In this document: in pieces, positions 56,801 to 64,000 of the stretch
Position numbering within the stretch: position 1 is the stretch's first letter
Layout of the letters: each line of letters opens with the position of its first letter
Assembly (NCBI GenBank): GCA_000004695.1
Contig: CM000152.2
Coordinates: forward strand, 960,001 to 1,024,000
Origin: Dictyostelium discoideum
Lineage: Eukaryota
Reading direction: 5' to 3'
Length of the DNA stretch: 64,000 bases
Program-made: the position numbers and the translations under genes
The notes under the pieces: generated by a model
Told to the model about the DNA's origin: nothing
The model's input: only the letters and a program-made list of their open reading frames with translations
Databases searched by the model: none

Positions 56801-57689
56801 TATCAGCAAATCCATCATTTTCATTGGCAAATATTCGTAATGCTGCCAATGGTAATGCAGCTCAATTTTCACATCATGGTCAAGAGAATTTCGAAAAGAG
56901 AATGTCAATCTATACAACTTTTCTTACAAATATGAAAGATGAACATAGATTCCTTACAATGAATAGATTGGTAAAAGATATCCTATTGGAAGTCTCTGAA
57001 GAAAGATTTGATATTGAACAATGCTATGGTGTAGTCTATGATACTCTCTCAATTTTAGCTTCAAAAGATATTAAACTTCAATCAATCAATGCTTTAAGAT
57101 CTGCAATTGAAAATGCTGATGGTGAAGAAATGTCAGAGAAACAAGTACAAACCGAAGAGGCAAAAGGTAAATTATTAACACTTGTTCAAAAGAAAGCAAT
57201 CATTGAAAGTATCATTCCAATTTTGGTTGAACTTAAAGCCTTATTCGAGAAGAAAAGATCAAATTTAACTCGTTTGGTAGTTGCATTCTTTAGAGAGTTA
57301 TTTAAAGATTATAAAAAAGAATTATCGGAATTTCTTGCTGCCAATAGACAATTGGAGAAGGAAATTGAATATGATATTAAAAATTTTAATAAGAAACAAG
57401 TTCAATCACCAATGAAACCAAATCAACCACCACCACAATCATCTGTACAATCTGGTCAAACACCAATGAAACCACGTCGTAGTCTTGGTGGTATAAATGG
57501 TGCAAATGGTTCCCCCTCAGTTGGTACACCAACTAAACCTGATATGTCCAATTTCTTGGTACCACAAGTTCGTACTCCTAAACCACCTGGCACAAATAGA
57601 CGTTTATCAATTGCTACAACTACTCCAACATTGAAACCATTTAATCAACCATTAGGTAGACTTTCTGTAACTCCAATGAAACCTTCACC

Positions 57690-57730
<41 letters not shown>

Positions 57731-58512
57731 CAACAAATTCAGAAGAACCAACTACACCATTCAAACAAGGAAGTAATAATTTATTTGGTTCAAATTTAGG
57801 TGGTAATAATAATAATAATAATCCAATAGTTAATAGTACACCAATTAGATCAGCTATGAGACATAGTATTGGTGGAATTCCTTCATCAGCATTAAAACCA
57901 AATCATTCAACCCCATCATCAGTTAGATTCAATGATATTGAACCAATTCCACCACCAAAATTCACTACTATTCCATCTTCAATTCCTATTAGAATTCCAA
58001 TGGAAGTTAAAAATTCTTTAGGTGCCGATATTGTACTTCCAAATCCTGACAAACCTCCAACTATTCAAAAATGGAATATAAATATTGGAAATGATGATGA
58101 TGCTGATAAAAAAATGAAAGATGTTGAAGAAGAAGAAGAAGAAGAGGAAGAAGAAGAAAAAGAAGAAAAAGAAAAAAAATCAGAGGATGAAGAAATTGTA
58201 CAAAAAAAAAGAGGTAGAAAGCCACAACCAACATCAAAAACACAAAAAACTAGAACTTCCTTAAAAGAAAAAACTGTAAATAAGAAATCACAAGACCAAT
58301 CAGAAAAAGAAAATGAAGAGGAAAAAGAAGTTATATTACCTAAAAGAAATAAAAAAACTTCTTCAACCTCCACCACAATGACCACTAGAAGTAGAAGGCA
58401 ACCAATCGAGCAAGAAGAACAAGAGGAAGAAGAAATTGTACAAGTTAAAAAAAGGGGTAAAACATCAAAATCAAAGATTACTCCAACTACAACCACAAAA
58501 AAAAGAAAATAA
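52938..58512 (+). CDS. Condensin non-SMC subunit of the D2/D3 (Cnd1) type. Exons 52938..54479, 54588..55309, 55401..58512. Acidic/poly-N inserts and a basic C-terminal tail.
   Basis: Conserved Cnd1 C-terminal block [85 protein letters not shown]. HEAT-like repeats throughout. Donors GTAAGT at 54480 and 55310. Acceptors ttgttag (54586-87) and ttttaaaag (55399-400) keep the frame. Tail has a cluster of [ST]P-x-K sites. Confidence 0.65.
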
Positions 58513-58743
58513 ATAATTTATACAAGTAAACTATTTTAATTCATTCTTATTTTTTATTTTTTATTTTTTATTTTTTTTACCTATGGTTTGAAATAAAACA
58601 CAAATAATAATAAAAAAAATCCTTACTATAATTTTCTAATTTGAATAAACATCATTGATTCTTTTTTTTATTTCGCACATAAAACTTTAATGATATTTAA
58701 TAAAATAAAAAGTAATGTTTCATATAGGTTGATTATTATTATT

Positions 58744-58778
<35 letters not shown>

Positions 58779-58782
<4 letters not shown>

Positions 58783-59363
58783 TAATAATAGGTTGTTGAT
58801 GTTTTAGCTTGTAATATATCAGTAGCTTTATATGTAACGCCATCATTAACAGTTGTTGAACTTCTACCAGAACCTGTACCAGTATCATTGTCGCCTGTAC
58901 TATAACATCCTGTTTCTTGAAGGTTTTTTTTTAACTCTGATGATTTATAGGTTACTCCATCATTTACTGTTGTATCGCCATCATTATATCCTGTTCCTGA
59001 TGATGTACCACAACCTGATGATGTACCACTTGAACTACTACCACTACCACCACTGCCACCACTACCACCACTGCCACCACTGCCACCACTGCCACCACTA
59101 CCGTTAACACTTGATGAGTGTGCTAATTTATCTGGCATTCCAGCATCTTTTGAATATGTATATGATTCAACTTCAACATTTATTGCCTTTTTTAATAAAA
59201 TAATTTCAATTTTAATATTTGTTATTTTTTTTTTTTTTTTTTCCCAAGATTTTTTCAATGAAAAAAAAAAACAAAAAATAGAATTATATATAAAAACTAA
59301 TTTATAACTTACCCATGATAATGAAATTAATAAACAAAAGATTAAAACTAATTTTAATAACAT
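58779..59363 (-). CDS. Small secreted Gly/Ser-rich protein with two TTVNDGVTYK repeats. Exons 59313..59363 and 58779..59186.
   Basis: Signal MLLKLVLIFCLLISLSW, then donor GTAAGT. Acceptor aaaaaag at 59188-87. The mature part is (GSG)n and two copies of TTVNDGVTYK[SA]. The intron length (126 nt) is a multiple of 3, so the unspliced ORF also stays open. Confidence 0.45.
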
Positions 59364-59788
59364 TTTTTTTTTTTTTTTTATATTTATATGATTTTTTCTA
59401 TTTTTATATTTTTTTTATATTTTCTAAAAGAGTGATTGAAAAAAAAATAGTTTCTTTTTTTTTTTTTTTTTTTTTTTTGGGTGTTTGAATAAATTTTTAT
59501 GTTTTTTTAAAGGATATTAATAAAATTTTTAAAAAAATAAAAAAAAGGATATTTTCTTTGTTCTGGATTAAAAGAATCATTCTGAAAAAAAAAAAAAAAA
59601 AAAAAATTAAAATATCTTTGATATTTTAAGAATTTTATTAATCGAATTTTAATAAAAAATATCTTGATTGTGTCATATTTAAAATTAAGAATATACGAAT
59701 TTTGAAACAACAAATTTTTTTTTTTTATTTTTTATGTTTAATTTTTGATTGAAATTTATTAAAAGTATAATTTGATTCGATTATTTTC

Positions 59789-59833
<45 letters not shown>

Positions 59834-59967
59834 ATAATAATAAAAATTCCTTGTTAATAGAAATTTTTTTTTTTTTATATTTTTTTATGTTCAATTATAG
59901 TTTTTTTTTTTTTTTTTTTTTTTTTTTTGAGGTTTAAAATACAATTAATTAATTTTTTTATTATTTT

Positions 59968-61229
59968 TTATTCATCTTTTTTTAAATCGATAATTCTTTT
60001 AAGTAGATCAGCAGTTCTTATAAACTCTGAATCTTTTGATAATGCTGATGAACATTTTCTTAACTTTTCAAAAAATTCTTTTGAAGTATCACTAAAGCTA
60101 AGTAATGAATGAGTTTCGACAGAATCAAATCTTAAAAGGAAAGCATTGCTATCTTTAATATTTTGCATTGCTTCAATGTAGAGTTGTTGAGAAGATTTTG
60201 AATTTTTGTTTAATTTGATAGTATCCAAAAAATCAGTTATCCAATTACTCTTTAAATAATGTGGTACTGAGAAAATTCCTTTAGTTTCAACTCCATCTTC
60301 CATATTGTCAAGTAGTTTTTCCAAACGATCGTTAATCTCTTTATTATTCTCTGTTAATCCTTGCACATCCTTATCAGTACAACCAATTGAAATGATAACA
60401 AGATAATCATTTGGATAAATGATTCTTGCCTCATGATAAGCAATCTCCATTGGATTATTATATTTAAAACCACCATCTAAATATTCCTCATCACCTTGCT
60501 TATGTTTTTGAAAAGCTGCTGGAATACTTGACGTAGCTCTAATTGCATCAGCTAATGAAAGTGCTTCTTCACCAATTGTATAAAGTCTCTCTATTTCTTC
60601 ACCTTTAATAAAATGATTATTATTATTATTATTATTACCAGCAATTGTTGTTGTTTCATCAAATTTATAATTTGAAATGATTACTGGTGTTAAGATATCA
60701 TTTTTTTCACCAGTCTTTTTTAATGATACAACAAAGAATTTCTTTTCATTTAACTCTGTAATTTGGGTATCAGCTCCATCTGGTGATGATGGAAACCAAC
60801 TATTTGCAATATTTATGAGTTCATCTGAATTGAACATTTCTCCTCTTGTAAAAACACCTTTAACTTCGTCCCAAAGGGAACCGAAAATTTTCTTTGATTC
60901 TTTTCCTTCATACATGTTCAATAATTCTGAATTTGAAATCTCTTTACTCTTTGCAATTGATAAAATACCTCCAGTACTTGTACCACCAAATAAATCTACA
61001 TGTTTTGTAAAATCACTTCCTGATAATTTAACAAAATGTTCTATTACCTTTTTTTTTTTTTTTTTTTTTTATATAAATATTAAAATAAGAATTTGGGTTT
61101 TAAGGTGGTTATTTTTATTTTTTTTATTTTTTTTTTTTATTTATTACCTCGATTGTATATAATCCTTTTGTGCCACCACCGTCTAAACTAAGGATGATTC
61201 TGATATTTTCTTTTTTATTATCTCCCATT
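59968..61229 (-). CDS. Patatin-like phospholipase. Exon 2 is 59968..61047 and exon 1 starts at 61148. The only nearby ATG (61229..61227) is +1 out of frame with the DGGG motif, so the true 5' end is unresolved.
   Basis: Oxyanion motif LSLDGGGTKG in exon 1, which ends gag|GTAATA. Acceptor aaaag at 61049-48. Exon 2 has the nucleophile elbow GGTSTGG (GxSxG) and the catalytic-Asp motif DGGFKYNNP. Confidence 0.6.
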
Positions 61230-61661
61230 TTTTTTTATTTTTGTAGGTGTTGTGCGTGATTGGTCAGTGACTGAATGGTGAAAAAGAGAAAAAATTATAA
61301 AATAAAAAATAAAAAGATCACAAAAAAAAAAAAAATTATAAAATAAAAAAAAAATTATAAAATAAAAAGATCATAAAAAAAAAAAAAAATTAAAAAAAAA
61401 TAAAATAAAAAAAAAAAAAATAAAAACATTGAGAAATTAAATGATCAGGCGATTCATTCCTTGAATTTTAATAATTTTTTTTTTTTTTTTTTTTTTATTT
61501 ATTTTTTTTTTTTTTTTAAAAAAATTATTTATTACATTATTTTTTATTATTATTTATTTATTATTTATTGTTTTTAAAAGAAAATTGTTTTTTGTTTTTT
61601 GTTTTTTTTTTTTTTTCATCTTACCAGAATTTCTAATATTTGAAACAATCAAAAGTTAAAT

Positions 61662-61694
<33 letters not shown>

Positions 61695-61713
61695 TTAAAA
61701 AAAATAAAATTTT

Positions 61714-61766
<53 letters not shown>

Positions 61767-61919
61767 TTTCAAAAATTTAAAAAATCACTTTTTTTTTTTT
61801 TTTTTTTTTTTTTTGTTTTGTTTCAATAATAATAAAAATAGTAATAATAGTAAAATAATAGTAAAATAATAGTGATAAATTATAAAATAAATTTAATTTT
61901 TATTTTAAAATTACTAGAG

Positions 61920-61980
<61 letters not shown>

Positions 61981-62105
61981 CAAAAAAAAAAAAAAAAAAA
62001 AAAAAAATACCTTCACAAACATCAAAAAAAATAAATTTTATATTGTATAAGATATATACGTATATCAGTATATATTGTATACAAATAAATTCTATCTTAT
62101 AATAT

Positions 62106-63999
<1,894 letters not shown>

Positions 64000-64000
64000 A

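Overview
The window is nuclear genomic DNA with the hallmarks of Dictyostelium discoideum or a close dictyostelid. It is extremely AT-rich, with long homopolymer A/T runs, (AAT)n/(ATT)n microsatellites both between genes and inside codons (poly-N/Q/T tracts), and short AT-rich introns with GTAAGT-like donors and (T)nAG acceptors. I can support about 27 protein-coding loci on both strands. I found no rRNA or tRNA, and CRISPR is not applicable. The identifiable genes are these: a CDK9/12-like kinase (5' partial); a DTW-domain tRNA-modification enzyme; adenylate kinase 6 (Fap7-like); alkaline phosphatase; a PP2C phosphatase; a Tul1/Dsc1-like transmembrane RING-H2 ligase; a HemK/PrmC-type N5-glutamine methyltransferase; a senescence/spartin-domain protein; an LRR-TKL kinase; an ankyrin-TKL kinase; an OXLD1-like protein; a MaoC-type enoyl-CoA hydratase 2; a condensin non-SMC D-type subunit; a patatin-like phospholipase; and a Sip5-like RING protein (3' partial). 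There are also several secreted or membrane proteins. The most unusual region is 28.8-35.0 kb. It is a tandem, partly decayed array of a minus-strand gene with an NLR-like layout: an N-terminal B-box-like zinc finger, a NACHT-like P-loop NTPase (Walker A GSGIGKT, Walker B hhhhDE, TGTT motif) and an unassigned ~170-aa C-terminal alpha/beta domain. One copy is near-intact, two are truncated or frameshifted. The array includes a shared ~0.7-kb flank and a 93-bp exact copy of the start region of the DTW gene, which lies 26 kb away. Exon coordinates are hand-derived from splice motifs and frame continuity, and should be treated as approximate (a few nt).
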